Origin: Chrysomallon squamiferum
Lineage: Eukaryota > Animalia > Mollusca
Assembly (NCBI GenBank): GCA_012295275.1
Contig: CM022677.1
Coordinates: forward strand, 13,454,001 to 13,518,000
Length of the DNA stretch: 64,000 nucleotides
Direction of reading: 5' to 3'
Every line of letters starts with the position of its first letter. The first letter of the stretch is position 1. The notes below the pieces were generated by a model. The model had not been told where the DNA came from, made no database searches, and worked only from the letters and a program-made list of their open reading frames with translations. This document shows, one piece after another, positions 12,361 through 26,499 of the stretch. The position numbers and the translations under genes are program-made.

Positions 12361-13164
12361 TTTTTTTTTTACATATACATTCTATCTGTAGTTTCTTATT
12401 AAAATAAATCACTCGTTACTTTTTACTCTACTGCTAGTAACAAAAGGATAAGTACTCCTGCGTTATTCGAGTTATCGGCAGAAAATTAGGTTATGCATAT
12501 TCGTTTATTTTTTTATCCATCTGAAGACACTGTTTGTACCAGTAAGTCTATTTTACACGTGTACACTAGTGTGAAATTTATAAATTTATTAAAATGTTCT
12601 AAAGAAGATTCCCATTGAGCTATTGCGAGTTAGTTCTAGTACAGGAATATGATTTACAGTGAAACTAGAAAATCGGGGAGTGTCGTGGGTACGACCTCCA
12701 TTTCCATATTTCTTATGTTTTATGCATCTTCAGCATCACTTAATGAAAAATAAATACATAAAATAAAAACGAATTTAACTTGTCTCATTAGATTTTATTA
12801 TCATTTAGTGCATTTTTAGAAATGCATTTTGTAGTAATTATTGTAGATATATAGCATTTGTAGTTTAGTTCCCTTTAATATTAATAGCATCCTTAATAAA
12901 AATGTATTATTAATTAGTTATTTCTGTCATTGTCATTATTGTAATTTTATTATTACTTTTTTTATTTGTTTATTTATAAATTTATTATTAATTTATTATT
13001 GTCATTATTGTAATTTATATATCACTTTTAATATTATTTTATTATTTATTAAACTTTAAAAAAAATAATATGTTTTTGTGAATATTAGTGTAAGTTTGTT
13101 CTTGTTTAGTCAGAAACACAAATGCACATACACACATACACAAATGTGCACAAGCATGCACATA

Positions 13165-13166
<2 letters not shown>

Positions 13167-13214
<48 letters not shown>
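13167..13214. repeat. (CA)n microsatellite
   Basis: Pure CA run. Confidence 0.95.
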
Positions 13215-13217
<3 letters not shown>

Positions 13218-14067
13218 GTTTTAAATTTTTAATTCTGTACATATTTAAATAGATTATTACTGTTATAATTGTTAAGTCTTCCATGAAATAAATATTTGAT
13301 AACAACACTTTTTATTCCATTTAAAATTTATTTTAATTTGAAAAATTTACTATTTCATTCACTATTATTCCTTATCATTTCGTTAACTTGAAAATTTGTA
13401 TTTACTTCTATATATATATTCCTTTGTTTCCTTTTGAGTAATATTTAAGAATAAGTATAACTTTTCCAGCAACTATTATTTATATGTTGAGAATTGAGTT
13501 AAAATTCAAAATATTCTTAGACCCAATTTTATACAATTATTGCCTTCACAAAGTATACAAATCATTTCATTTTATTTTGTAATTTGTCCTGTTTTGTGTG
13601 AATGAATACCCCAATTATTTATTTATCCATTTGTTAGTTTATTATTATTATGATTATTATTATTATTATTAATTTATGATATTATAAGCAACTGACCATG
13701 GATAATAATTTTCATAACATAAGGGAAATAACTCTCATTTGATAAAACTTTCGTTATATTGTTAAAACATATGAAATAAATAAAGAAAACAAATAAAATT
13801 TCCCATCCAAATTAAAAACAAAATCAATAATAATCAATACCCTGAAAACAATTTTATATCTCTTTTTTATTTACCAAGAAACAGTAACAATGAATTAAAA
13901 AATCAAATTCAACAGCAAAACTGTAACAAATATAAAAATTAATTAATTAAAAATAACAAAAATATTGTAAAAAGAAAATATAATTTAACTACAGCTGTTA
14001 CTAGTTTATGACCTGTTTTAAATTAGTACATCGAATAATTAATTACTTTATTTAACTGGAGCTAGTA

Positions 14068-15400
14068 TTTTCTGGCTGTCATTTCATCAAAGAGAAAATA
14101 ACATCTTCAAATAGTAATAAAATACCAATACTATGTTTGTGGACAGTAACAAAATAAAAAAATAAAAAATAATAATAATGAATTACATACAGAAGTGCAT
14201 GTTAAAATTATCAGATATATTAGACAGAGAGAAGCAACACACTGACAGAAGACTCAAAACATTCTCCAGTTCATGATGTAATTGTATTAAGAGATGTCGA
14301 AGTTGGCAGAACCATCTGATCAGTGATTAAACAAAGAATGGATATTTACAAAATGTGCATTTATGAATCTTCTGGAAATGATTCTGGGATCATTGATTAG
14401 AATTGTACAGTTTTTCAGAAGAGTCATTTTTCAATGTTAGATTTAAGTTGACATAAATAAATTGTTTTATTAAAGGTCTACCTTGTTTCTTATCTTTGCT
14501 TTTAAGGCGTATTAAATAATTATCCTGTATTTTTGTTGCTTTCAGTTCAATAAAAACATATTTGTTTAAAGTTATACAATGCAAAAGTGAAAGTTAAATA
14601 TAATATTTACATTACTCCTAAACTGACTGAAGTAGAAGCCACTGTTCAGTGGTGAACAAGAAACATCAGGAGCCAAAACATCGGCACCTTTCTTTGGATA
14701 CGGCTACAAAACAAAACCAAGTGGAACAGCACAGAAAAGAAAGTTAAATTACACAGCCTTGCCAAGAACAACAGTTATCATGACAACCATTCCAGACATC
14801 AACCATCCAGCATACAAATTCAGCAACCTTGTTCTACAACAAAAGTTTCAGAATTGTCAAAGAGCACTTGGGTTCTGGAAACTGTTCACCTATTCTTATA
14901 CTGGATTACATTATTCATCAGACAATGGTAATCATAATTTTAATACCAACAGCCATGAACCTGAAAACTGTATGGCACTTGTGATAGTATTTGGCTATAA
15001 AAATATTGTCTTTTCATCTAACAACCATCAACAATAGATATTCACAGGTTGCACACTTCCTGCCCTTATGTGACTCATAAATATCAGCACTGGGCAGACA
15101 ACGGGTGCAAGCAATGAAAAATTTCCAGTGGGTTTAATAATCATTATAAATGATTACTTTTCATATTTTTGTAATTTTATCATTTGACCATTTAATACAA
15201 ATTATTTGAAATTGCAGATACTCAAAGATTAAGGAGACAAGGATCCTCTATCCAATATACATGATGAAACTCTTACCTTATTAAATTACCACTCTCAGCA
15301 GATGAAGTGACACTGAACGGTTTTTAGAATGCGTTAGAAACATTTTATGAAGAATTTTAAAAATAAAAATGAAATTAGAATGTCATATTTAACAATGCTG
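14068..15400 (-). repeat. Inverted near-identical copy (copy C) of 9239-10572
   Basis: ORF 14390-14584(-) is identical to 10055-10249(+). Both ends match the reverse complement of copy B. Confidence 0.95.
14636..15037 (+). pseudogene. 133-codon open frame of unknown origin, with paralogous copies on the minus strand at about 9602-10003 and 4640-5027
   Basis: Stop-free from KPLFSGEQETSGAKTSAPFFGYGYKTKPSGTAQKRKLNY to NNHQQ*, with higher GC than the flanks. Frameshifted in copy A. No family recognised. Confidence 0.35.
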
Positions 15401-16846
15401 GGGTTTTTTTTATTAAAGTTTACTAAATAAATTGATTTAATGCATTATCTTCTGAGTTTATATTCTATTTTGTGCAGACATAAATGCATGCACTCATATA
15501 ACACAAGTAAAAGACACTAAAAAAACTAACACATATACACACATTAGAATACTCACACAACAGAAAATATACACACAAACACTCACTTAGGCAAAACTGA
15601 CACAAACAGACATATCAACATACATACAAACACATACACCAAAACACACACAAACACACACATACAAATACAGGCACACATATCTGCAGAGACATACTGA
15701 CATACATACTGACACATCCTCACACATACAGTGCAGAACATAAATGTAATACATAATAACTGATATTATCAAAAACACTTCTTATAATAATTGGCCTATG
15801 AAAACAACAAAGATAAAGATAAAACTGTGAAAAAGAAAACCACTAATAAAAATATGATTTCCTTTATAAACTTTGGTCTGTGTATTTTATCAACACATAT
15901 ATAGCAGTATGATTGTGAGTGAATTAACAGCATATTTTATAATGTTTGTTTTGTGTCTTTTACAAATAACACAAATATTGTAAAAAGAAAATATAATTTA
16001 ACTACAGCTGTTACTAATTTATCACCTGTTTTAAATTAGTACATCGAATAATAATTTTTATTTTTTTAACAGATGCTAGTATTAAAAACTGATCTAGCAA
16101 TTATACTATTCCTGTGTATCAGAAAATGTGGAATAGAGCATTTAAAAAATCATACGACTATTGCAACTACAACTACTGTTCCTATTGCACCTCTATTAAA
16201 ACTACATAGCTGCTATTATTATTATTACTACTGCTGCTACTGCTACTACTACAACTACAGTTATGATAACTCCTTTACCACACTACTACATTAGCTTTTA
16301 TTATCACTTTCCTACAAGGTTAGCTATTATTATTATTATTATTATTATTATTACTGCTACTACTACTACTACTACTGTTTCTAGCTGGATTTTTTGGTAC
16401 AGTAATAGCTGTTATAATTACTACTGTTGATGCTATTGCTACTATTACAGCTATTGCTGCCGATGTTTTTGCTGCTAATAACATCTCTGTCACAAATAAT
16501 AACACAACTGTTTACTACTATAAAATACGAGAAGCTATTAACAAGTGTTATTTTCCTCCTGTGTATGTATATAATAACAAAAATAAACATAAATCTCAAA
16601 TATTTGCAAGCTTCTGTTTTAATATTGTGTATTAAAAAAAAAAATTGTACTGAAAAATACAAAAATAATTTGTTACCTAATGAGTTTCCACTCAAGTGCT
16701 TTAACTCAGACATGTGTGCCTTTGTGGTATAATAGAACGACTAAAGACACCATCAGTTTCAATCTTAAATTTAAATAAAACTGGCCTCAGTATTTTGTAC
16801 AAAACATTTAAACATATAAATTGATAACCAAATATTTCTGAACACA

Positions 16847-19507
16847 TTGCTGACACATATACATACACACTATTATTAGAGTAGCAATTATCACACATGC
16901 TGATACACACACACACAGCCAATTGTAAGAGTAGAACTTATCAATATTGTTGATACACTCACAGACACATACATACACTATTATTAGACTAGCAGTTATC
17001 AGTATTGCCCATACACTCACTTATAAACACATAATATTATCAGTCGCAATTTTCAATATTGCTGACACAGACACACACACTCACACACAGATACTATTAT
17101 CAGAGTAGCAGTTATCAGTATGGCTGATACACTCACACACATACACACACTATTGCTGTTACACACACATACTATTATCTCAGAAGTAATTATCACTATT
17201 GCTGATACACTGACACAGACAATTATCTGAGTAGCAATAGTCACTATTGCTGACAGTCACAAACACACACCATTATCAGAGTAGCAATTACACTATTGTT
17301 GACACACACTATTATCACTATTACTGATACATACACAGAACCACACACAGACACACTTACTATTATCTGTATAGAAGTTATCACTAGTTCTGATGCAATT
17401 AAAACTATTGCTTATATACAGACACTATCAGAGTAGAAATTACCACTATTGCTGATTCTCACACACATAAACACACTCATAGTATTATTAGTAGTTGCGG
17501 ATATACACACATACTAATATCAGAGTAGCAAATATCATTATTGCTGATACACACACAGCCACATACACAGATGCTATTATCAGAGAAGCAATTATCACTA
17601 TTGCTCATACACTGATAGACACACACACACACACACTATTATCTAAGTAGCAATGGTCACTATTGCAGATACACACACACACAAACACACACATATTATT
17701 ATCAGAGTAGTATTTATCTCTATTGCTTATAGACACACAGACACACATAAACACACCTGCTATTGTCAGAGAAGCAATTATCACTATTGCTGATACATTC
17801 ACACATACACATGTACTATTATCAGAGTAGCAATTGCTGATACACTCACACAAATACACACACTTATACTATTATTAGTATTTAACTGTACTGCTGTTAC
17901 ACACACACACATTATTATCAGAGTAGCAAATATCATTATTGCTAATACACTCACACACTCACACAGACTATTATCAGAGTAGCAAATATCATTATTGCTA
18001 ATACACACACACTCACACAGACTATTATCAGAGTAGCAATTGTCACTATTGCTGATACACTCACACATACATACTATTATCAGAGAGGCAGTTATCAGTA
18101 TTGCTGATACACACACAATATGAACAGAAAAGCAGTTATAACTATATCTGATATACTCACACCTACTATTATCACAGAAGCAATTATCACTATTGCTCAC
18201 AAACACACACACATACTATTATCATACACTGACACACACATACTATCATCAGAGTAGCAATTATCACTATTGGTGATACCCTCATATACACACACTATTA
18301 TCAGACTAGCAGTTATCAGTATTGCTCAAACACTCACTCATACACACATATTACCAGAGTCGCAATTTTCAATATTGCTGACACAGACACACACACACAC
18401 ACACACACACACATACTATTATCAGAGTAGCAGTTATCAGTATGGCTGATACACTCACACACATATACACACACATACTATTATCACAGAAGTAATTATC
18501 ACTATTGCTGGTACCACTGACACAGACAATTATCTGAGTAGCAATAGTCACTATTGCTGATACACACAGACAAACACACATTATTATCAGATTAGTAATC
18601 TCTATTGCTAATACACACACAGAAACATACACACAAACACACATGCTATTATCAGAGAAGCAATTACCAATATTGCTGATACACTCACATACTAATACTA
18701 TTATCAGAGGAGCAATTATCATTATTGCTGATAAACTGACAAACACACAGGCACACACATACACACTATTATCAGAGAAGCAATTATCACTATTGCTGAT
18801 ACTCACATGCACAAACTATTATCAGAGTAGCAATTATCACTATTGCTGATACACTGACACAAACACTGTTACTATTATCAGAGTAGAAACTATCGCTCTT
18901 GCTCATACTAACATACATACAAATATGCATACACAAACACATACTATTATCAGATTAACACCATTGCTGATACCACTCACACACAGACAGTATTATCAGA
19001 GTAGCAGTTATCACTATTACTGATACACTCAAACACACACACATACCAATATCAGACTAGCAATTATCACTATTGCTCATACACTCACACACACATACTA
19101 TTATCAGTAGCAATTATCACTGTAACAGACACACAGACGCACACAGTTACCCATACATACACACAGTAGTATCAGAGTAGCAGTTGTACTATTCCTGACA
19201 CACACACAATTATAACAGTAGTTACACTGACACACAAACTATTATCAGAGTAGCAATTATGACACACATACTGTTATCAGTTAGCAATTGTAACTACTGC
19301 TGATACACACATACACACAAATACACACACATACTATTATCAAAGAAGCAGTTATAACTATTGCTGATACACACACACACAAACTATCAGAGTAGCAATT
19401 ATCACTATTGCCGATACACTCAGATACACACACACATACACTATTATCAGAGTAGTAATTATCACTTGTGCTGAAACATAGACACTATTATGACTATTTC
19501 TGATACA

Positions 19508-19542
<35 letters not shown>

Positions 19543-19772
19543 TTATCAGAATAGCAGTTATCACTATTGGTGATACACTCACACACACACACAATTACTA
19601 TTATCAGAATAGCAGTTATCACTATTGGTGATACACTCACACACACACACACACACAATTACTATTATCAGAGTAGCAGTTATCACTATATCTGGTACAC
19701 TCACACACACACCTAGTATTATCACAGAACCAATCATCACTATTATCAGAGTAGAAATGATCACTAGTGCTG
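16847..19772. repeat. Compound minisatellite: conserved ~35-bp core TACTATTATCAGAGTAGCAATTATCACTATTGCTGATAC separated by variable CA-rich linkers
   Basis: Dozens of degenerate copies over about 2.9 kb. Confidence 0.95.
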
Positions 19773-19804
19773 AAAACAAAATTCTGAAACCATTTTAGTC
19801 TCTT

Positions 19805-20088
19805 ACTGTCTCTCTGTCTCACTGTCTCTGTCTCTGGTATGTTTGTGTGTGGCTGTCTCACTGTCTCTGTCTCTTTCTCTCTGTATGTTTATGTGTGGCT
19901 GTCTCTTTGGCTCACTGTCACTGTCTCTCTCTGTATGTTTATGTGTGGCTGTCTCTGTCTCTGTCTTTCTCTCTGGTATGTCTGTGGCTGTCTCACTGCC
20001 TCTGTCTTTCTCTCTGGTATGTTTATATGTGGCTGTCTCTCTGTCTCTGTCTTTCTCTCTGGTATGTTTATGTGTGGCTGTCTCTCTG
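19805..20088. repeat. ~40-46 bp minisatellite (ctgtctctgtctttctctctggtatgtttatgtgtggctgtct), about 6 copies
   Basis: Tandem copies seen directly. Confidence 0.9.
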
Positions 20089-20727
20089 CAGTATTCAAGA
20101 ATACCTTCATCTTCATACATTCTCTTTTTACAAAATAACAAAACACTTAAAAAAGCAAAAATGTTTTATCTTCAATACCAAATGTCACAAAATCAGATAA
20201 ATTTGACTAGAAGCAGTAAACTTCCCATAATTCCCAAGTGCTAAATACTGTTAACTACTAGTTCCTGTTAACTGTTATGTGCAAGGAAAATACATTTTGA
20301 GTAATCTCCCTTCGGTAAATCATACATTACCAATATTGTAATATTGGAATTATAATAATTTTGTTAGTTACATTATTATATCAGTTTTATCTCAGATTAA
20401 AGCACATAATGTCATTAGTTATTTTAATAATAATAATAATAATGATAATAATAACAATAAATAATAATAATAATAAATATAATATCAATAAATAATAATA
20501 ATAATAATAATATTAATAATAACATGAACAAGAACAGTAATAGTAATGACTGTATTTTGTATTGCAGTATTGGAAGATACGTTACCAGCGTTTACATGAG
20601 GAATTATTTTTATTTTATTTTTATTATTATTGTTATTGTTATTGTTATTATTATTATTATTGTTATTTTTATTATTTTTGTTTTACATAGTTTCAGATTT
20701 TCTGAATGTTTTGTTTTATTTTCACAG

Positions 20728-20885
20728 TGATGAAAAGAAGAAAACTGTAATAATCTCAGTTATAGGGGTTTGTTTCTGATCAGGTGTATTGTGGCTGAAT
20801 TTGATATCACTGGCACAAGAGAGCAAAGGTGAAGAAGAAGACTGAGGCAATCAGAGCTAAGATGTCTGGTCATGAAGAAACTGAG
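20728..20885 (+). pseudogene. EGFR-like transmembrane/juxtamembrane exon remnant
   Basis: After the ttttattttcacag acceptor, and across two frameshifts, it reads DEKKKTVIISVI-GLFLIRCIVAEF-YHWHKRAKVKKKTEAIRAKMSGHEETE. This is a hydrophobic stretch, a basic stop-transfer segment and an MSGxE(E)xE motif like that preceding PL in invertebrate EGFRs. Confidence 0.6.
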
Positions 20886-20937
20886 TTTCTTTTATCAGAC
20901 TGATCTGATATTAAACACACACTTATCTGTTTTATAG

Positions 20938-20976
<39 letters not shown>

Positions 20977-20997
20977 ATATTTACCTAAAGACGTTTC

Positions 20998-23900
20998 AAG
21001 ATAGATAATCAGTGGCATGAACTTCAGAAGTTATTTTTTGATCAATCAAAGAAGGAAGGTAAAGCAAAGAGAATTATTAGACAAAGTGTACAGGAAAAAC
21101 ACAGCTATGGTGCCCTACAATTTTCTGAAAATGTGAGATTCTGAAGAAAGAACTAAAACAATTAGTCTGGCAGAGAGATGGCATGACCTTTCTTCAGTTA
21201 TGGGAAGAAGCCTTTAAACTGTTGGAAGATATGGGGTGTTCCAGCACTGCAAAACACAAAGTAACATCCAGAACATTGGTTGCAGATGTCACTTCTTAAC
21301 CATCAACATACCAAAGCAGCATAAGCAGATAGAAAATCTATCTGATATGTTTGCAACTACACTGCAACTTAGTCAGCAAACTACTTCTCCACCAGCGATC
21401 AACCCTCCTGTTTTTGTATTACAACAGCCCTGAATATTTCGCTAGGGACTGCACTAGAAGCAGGCAGAGAGATTTTCCCAGATGTAGGTGGATAAGTAGA
21501 AGACAAGGAAGTCAATACCCTGTACACTCTACCTAGGAGTACAAGATGACGAGGTTTGGTTGGAGATCAGCAAGAGCAGACAGGAAAATTCGACCCTCTA
21601 CTGTTGTGAGTCGGACAGTACAGGAAAAAGGTTCTCACTTATCCCAGTCTGTTTACAATCAAGAATTTGTGAGTGGCAGCAGTTAAGTGCATCTGGAGTA
21701 AATTTAAAATAAAATTGTTGGAGAGAACAGTTATGATCTGATAGTTAAAACTTGAAATACTAAAACAAAGTAAATGATTTTGTCATTTCACTTAGTGTGT
21801 AATAATGAATTCCAAGTAAAGTAAATTTGCATTTAAAAAACACTATATATTAAAATACTAATTTAAATAAAAGTTTTAACTGACAGATATATATAATCTG
21901 GCTGCTGGCATGAGCATGGAATCACTTGCTTTTTGTAACATATCACTGAATTCCCAGCTGACTTTAATTTATAAAGCTTTGCAAAATGGTGAAAACTAAA
22001 AAGCTAAAAGATCAGGTGGCAGAGTTGCAGGATGCTTTACAGGAAGAAATATCTGTGACTCAATTACATAATGAGGAAATGCTGAGTCCTATACAACGAG
22101 AAAGAACTAAACCTGTTTATTTTATATCGGAAACGAGATAAAGTTAAGCAAATTTAATGGGTCAGACAATGGCCTCAAATTTAGAGATTTTCAGGATCAG
22201 GTAGAAAGGATATTTCTACATCAGAGCCTTGCAGAAAAGGAGCAGGCTAGTTTTATATTAGAAGATGAAGCGAAAGAAGAAATTAGGTTGAGGTCACAAC
22301 AAGACCAAGAGAATCCACAAGTGTTTGGGAAGTTGTGCAATAAGATTTTTGAAGATAGATAATCAGTGGCATGAACTTCAGAAGTTATTTTTTGATCAAT
22401 CACAGAAGGAAGGCAAAGCAAAGAGAATTCTCTTACTGTCTGTCTGAATTATTAGATAGAGTGTACAGGAAAAACACAGCTATAGTGCCCGACAATTTTC
22501 TGAAAATGTGAGAATCTGAAGAAAGAACTAAAACAATTAGTCCGGCAGAGAGAAGGCATGACCTTTCTTCAGTTATGGGAAGAAGCCTTTAAACTGTTGG
22601 AAGATATGGGGTGTTCCAGCACTGCAAAACACAAAGTAACATCCAGAACATTGGTTGCAGATGTCACTTCTTAACCATCAACATACCAAAGCAGCATAAG
22701 CAGATAGAAAATCTATCTGATATGGTTGCAACTACACTGCAACATATTCAGCAAACTACTTCTCCACCAGCGTTCAACCCTCCTGTTTTTTTTATTACAA
22801 CAGCCCTAGAAGCAGGCAGAGAGATTTTCCCAGATGTAGGTGGATAAGTAGAAGACAAGGAAGTCAATACCCTGTACACTCTACCTAGGAGTACAACAAG
22901 ATGACGAGGTTTGGTTGGAGATCAGCAAGAGCAGACATGAAAATTCGACTCTCTACTGTTGTGAGTCGGACAGTACAGGAAAAAGGTTCTGACTTATCCG
23001 AGTCTGTTTACAATCAAGAATTTGACAGAACTGTTTCTGACTGTCCAATAGTCCAAATGTCTATTATCTAAGATTATCTCCTCGGACACAAATTTACTAT
23101 CTATACAGACAACTAAGTCTGATAATAGTGACAACAGTCCTTCCTTCCCGATAGGAAAACAATAAAAAAAAAAAAAAAAAAAAACTTTAATTTCAAATTT
23201 AAAATGTGAGGAAGCAGGAACTACAGCTACTGGTCTTTTGTTAAGGAATCCAGGACAGTAATGGTATGCCAGTATTGGTCAGGGGTGTGAAATGTTATCT
23301 GTGTGTCTGAGGTGAAAGAGAGTTCAAGAGAGAAGAGAGTATATTAGGCAGGGTAGAAAGACATTTGACACAATTCCCTGCATTATGATTACTATACTTT
23401 TATAACATTATATTGTTATTGTATGTCATGAAGTATAAATAGGTAGAGAAAATAAAGATGTAATTGAAGTGGAACTTGTGTAGTTTTTGTGTGAGGGTGT
23501 TGTATGCACCTGGCCACAAATGGCATCACCTACAGGATTGTAAGTTGTTTAAGTTTACAGACAATTCTTAAATTTAAAACAGGCAGTTGATAAATCTGAA
23601 ATGAGAACAATGAAGAAACAAAGTGTGAGGCAGCTGGACTTTCCAGAAAAATGCAGATGAAGACGAACTGAATATTTGAAGTTGCAAAGGAACGGAAGAT
23701 CAAAGAACATTAACAACACCTGTGGAGAGAGAGAGGGAGAGAGATGCATTACAACATAAACTGGCTGGTGGATAAACATTGACATCATCAGGATAATTAA
23801 CAGACTGACTCTATGATTGTGTTGCTATTTTGTTGTTTTGCTTCACTTTATGGTTAAATGTAAATTGTCATTATTGGCCACAACCAATGAAAGATAGATT

Positions 23901-26140
23901 ATGAAATGTTTGAATGTGAATGAATGACAAGTGAGAGTTTTATATTACTTAACTGAACTACACTGGCATTCCCTCAATCAAACTGTTTCAACACTATAAC
24001 ATGTAAGCAAAAACTGATATGAGTAACTGGGGATTAATGGGTAAATTGTAAAAGTTATGATCTGAGGAATCTGCCTACAAACTCTAATTGCATAAAGAGG
24101 TGTGGCCTGTAACTGTAAAGTTGAATTTCACAAAAAACCAGTTGTTTACATGTGTGGACGCAGTAAGGGCCAGCAATGGTCAGTAGCCTTAGATAACCAT
24201 GTGAGGTAAACAGCCCTGAGTGGCAGCAGTTAAGTGCATCTGGAGTAAATTTAAAATAAAATTGTTGGAGAGATCAGTTATGATCTGATAGTTAAAACTT
24301 GAAATACTAAAACAAAGTAAATGATTTTGTCATTTCACTTAGTGTGTAATAATGAATTCCAAGTAAAGTAAATTTGCATTTAAAAAACACTATATATTAA
24401 AATACTAATTTAAATAAAAGTTTAAATTGACAGATATATATAATATTGGCTGCTGGCATGAGCATGGCATAACTTGCTTTTTGTAACATATCACTGAATT
24501 CCCAGCTGACTTTAATTTATAAAGCTTTGCAAAATGGTGAAAACTAAAAAGCTAAAAGATCAGGTGGCAGAGTTGCAGGATGCTTTACAGGAAGAAATAG
24601 CTGTGACTCAATTACATAATGAGGAAATGCTGAGTCCTATACAACGAGAAAGAACTAAATCTGTTTATTTTATATCGGAAATGAGATAAAGGTAAGCAAA
24701 TTTAATGGGTCAGACAATGGCCTCAAATTTAGAGATTTTCAGGATCAGGTAGAAAGGATATTTCCACATCAGAGCCTTGCAGAAAAGGAGCAGGCTAGTT
24801 TTATATTAGAAGATGAAGCGAAAGAAGAAATTAGGTTGAGGTCACAACAAGACCAAGAGAATCCACAAGTGTTTGGGACGTTCTGCAAGAAGATTTTTGA
24901 AGATAGATGATCAGTGGCATGAACTTCCGAAGTTATTTTTTTATCAATCACAGAAGGAAGGCAAAGCAAAGATAATTCTCTTACTGTCTGTCTGAATTAT
25001 TAGACAGAGTGTACAGGAAAAACACAGCTATAGTGCCCGACAATTTTCTGAAAATGTGAGAATCTGAAGAAAGAACTAAAACAATTAGTCCGGCAGAGAG
25101 ATGGCATGACCATCTGATATGTTTGCAACTACACTGCAACATATTCAGCAAACTACTTCTCCACCAGTGATCAACCCTCCTGTTTTTTTATTAGAACAGC
25201 CCTGGCCATTTCTCTAGGGACTGCACTAGAAGCAGGCAGAGAGATTTTCCCAGATGTAGGTGGATAAGTAGAAGACAAGGAAGTCAATACCCTGTACACT
25301 CTACCTAGGAGTACAACAAGATGACGAGGTTTGGTTGGAGATCAGCAAGAGCAGACAGGAAAATTCGACCCTCTACTGTTGTGAGTCGGACAGTACAGGA
25401 AAAAGGTTCTGACTTATCCGAGTCTGACAATCAAGAATTTGACAGAACTGTTTCCAATAGTCCAAATGTCTATTATCTAAGATTATCTCCTCAGACACAA
25501 ATTTACTATCTATACAGACAACAATCCACTAAGTCATCTTGGTACCATAAAATTATGTGCAGTTGAACAGAGATGGGTGTCACAGCTGGTGGTATTTGAA
25601 TTTGATGTGAAATTAGGTTGAGGTCACAACAAGACCAAGAGAATCCAGCATAAGATTTTTGAAGAAAGATCATCAGTGACATGAACTTCAGAAGTTATTT
25701 TTTGATCAATCACAGAAGGAAGGCAAAGCAAAGAGAATTATCTTACTGTCTGTCTGAATTATTAGATAGAGTGTTCAGGAAAAACACAGCTATGGTGCCC
25801 GACAAGAATAATACTTTTATTAATAATACCTTGTTGCACCAATTTGGTGAAAATGTGAGAGATCAAGTCTGAAGAAAGAACTAAAACAATTAGTCTGGCA
25901 GAGAGATGGCATGACCTTTCTTCAGTTATGGGAAGAAGCCTTTAAACTGTTGGAAGATATGGGGTGTTCCAGCACTGCAAAACACAAAGTAACATCCAGA
26001 ACAGTGGTTGCAGATGTCACTTCTTAACCATCAACATACCAAAGCAGCATAAGCAGATAGAAAATCTATCTGATATGTTTGCAACTACACTGCAACTTAT
26101 TCAGCAAACTACTTCTCCACCGGCGATCAACCCTCCTGTT
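20998..26140 (+). mobile_element. Tandem array of rearranged, internally deleted Ty3/Gypsy LTR retrotransposon copies (gag, zinc knuckle, protease start fused to RNase H)
   Basis: Gag motifs KLSKFNGSDNGLKFRDFQDQVERIF..EQASFILE-DEAKEEIRLR (about 22140-22300), ELQKLFFDQSQKEG..REFSYCLSELLDRV and TLLHQFGENVRDQ. Decayed CCHC knuckle NSPGHFSRDC (about 25195). RNase H segment DYLLGHKFTIYTDNNPLSHL..LCAVEQRWVSQL (23072, 25480-25610). Many stops and frameshifts. Confidence 0.9.
23459..24150 (+). mobile_element. Candidate LTR (about 690 bp)
   Basis: Bounded by TGTAA...TTACA and preceded by the purine tract aggtagagaaaataaaga. Followed by tgtgtggacgcagt (possible degenerate PBS) and then the gag leader. 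Confidence 0.6.
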
Positions 26141-26499
26141 AATATGAATTTGGTTGATTAACTAGTTATTAAGACTCATATACAACCTGATTCATTATTT
26201 TATTTACAAACCATGAAAATTGAAAGACTGCAGACAATAGAAACTATAGACAACAGCTACAGTACATCCATCTCCAATGTGTTTTAGTGTGTCTGTCCTC
26301 AGAGGAACAGTGACACTGTGTGAAGGCTGACAGTTCCATCTGGTAACAGGAAAGTTAAACATTTTAAAATACTCATAACTTATGATGCTCCTTCTTTTAT
26401 TTTAAAATATAGACATTTAAAACAAAATAATCAGGTTTATATGAATGGAAGTGTTGTGTGAGTGTGTGCGTCTGTGTTTGTGTGTGTGTGTGTGTGTGT

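Noticed and set aside
16847-19772. CRISPR-like look (palindromic repeat with variable spacers)
   Set aside because: The spacers are low-complexity CA runs of irregular length, the repeats are degenerate, there are no cas genes and the context is eukaryotic.
17053-20244. Numerous Cys/Val- or Arg/Glu/Thr-rich ORFs
   Set aside because: They are translations of minisatellites.
24151-24232. Assignment of a specific tRNA primer-binding site (tggacgcagt.. or gtggcagcagt..)
   Set aside because: Both are only partial matches to tRNA-Ser-like or tRNA-Leu-like 3' ends, and this cannot be decided without the species' tRNA set.
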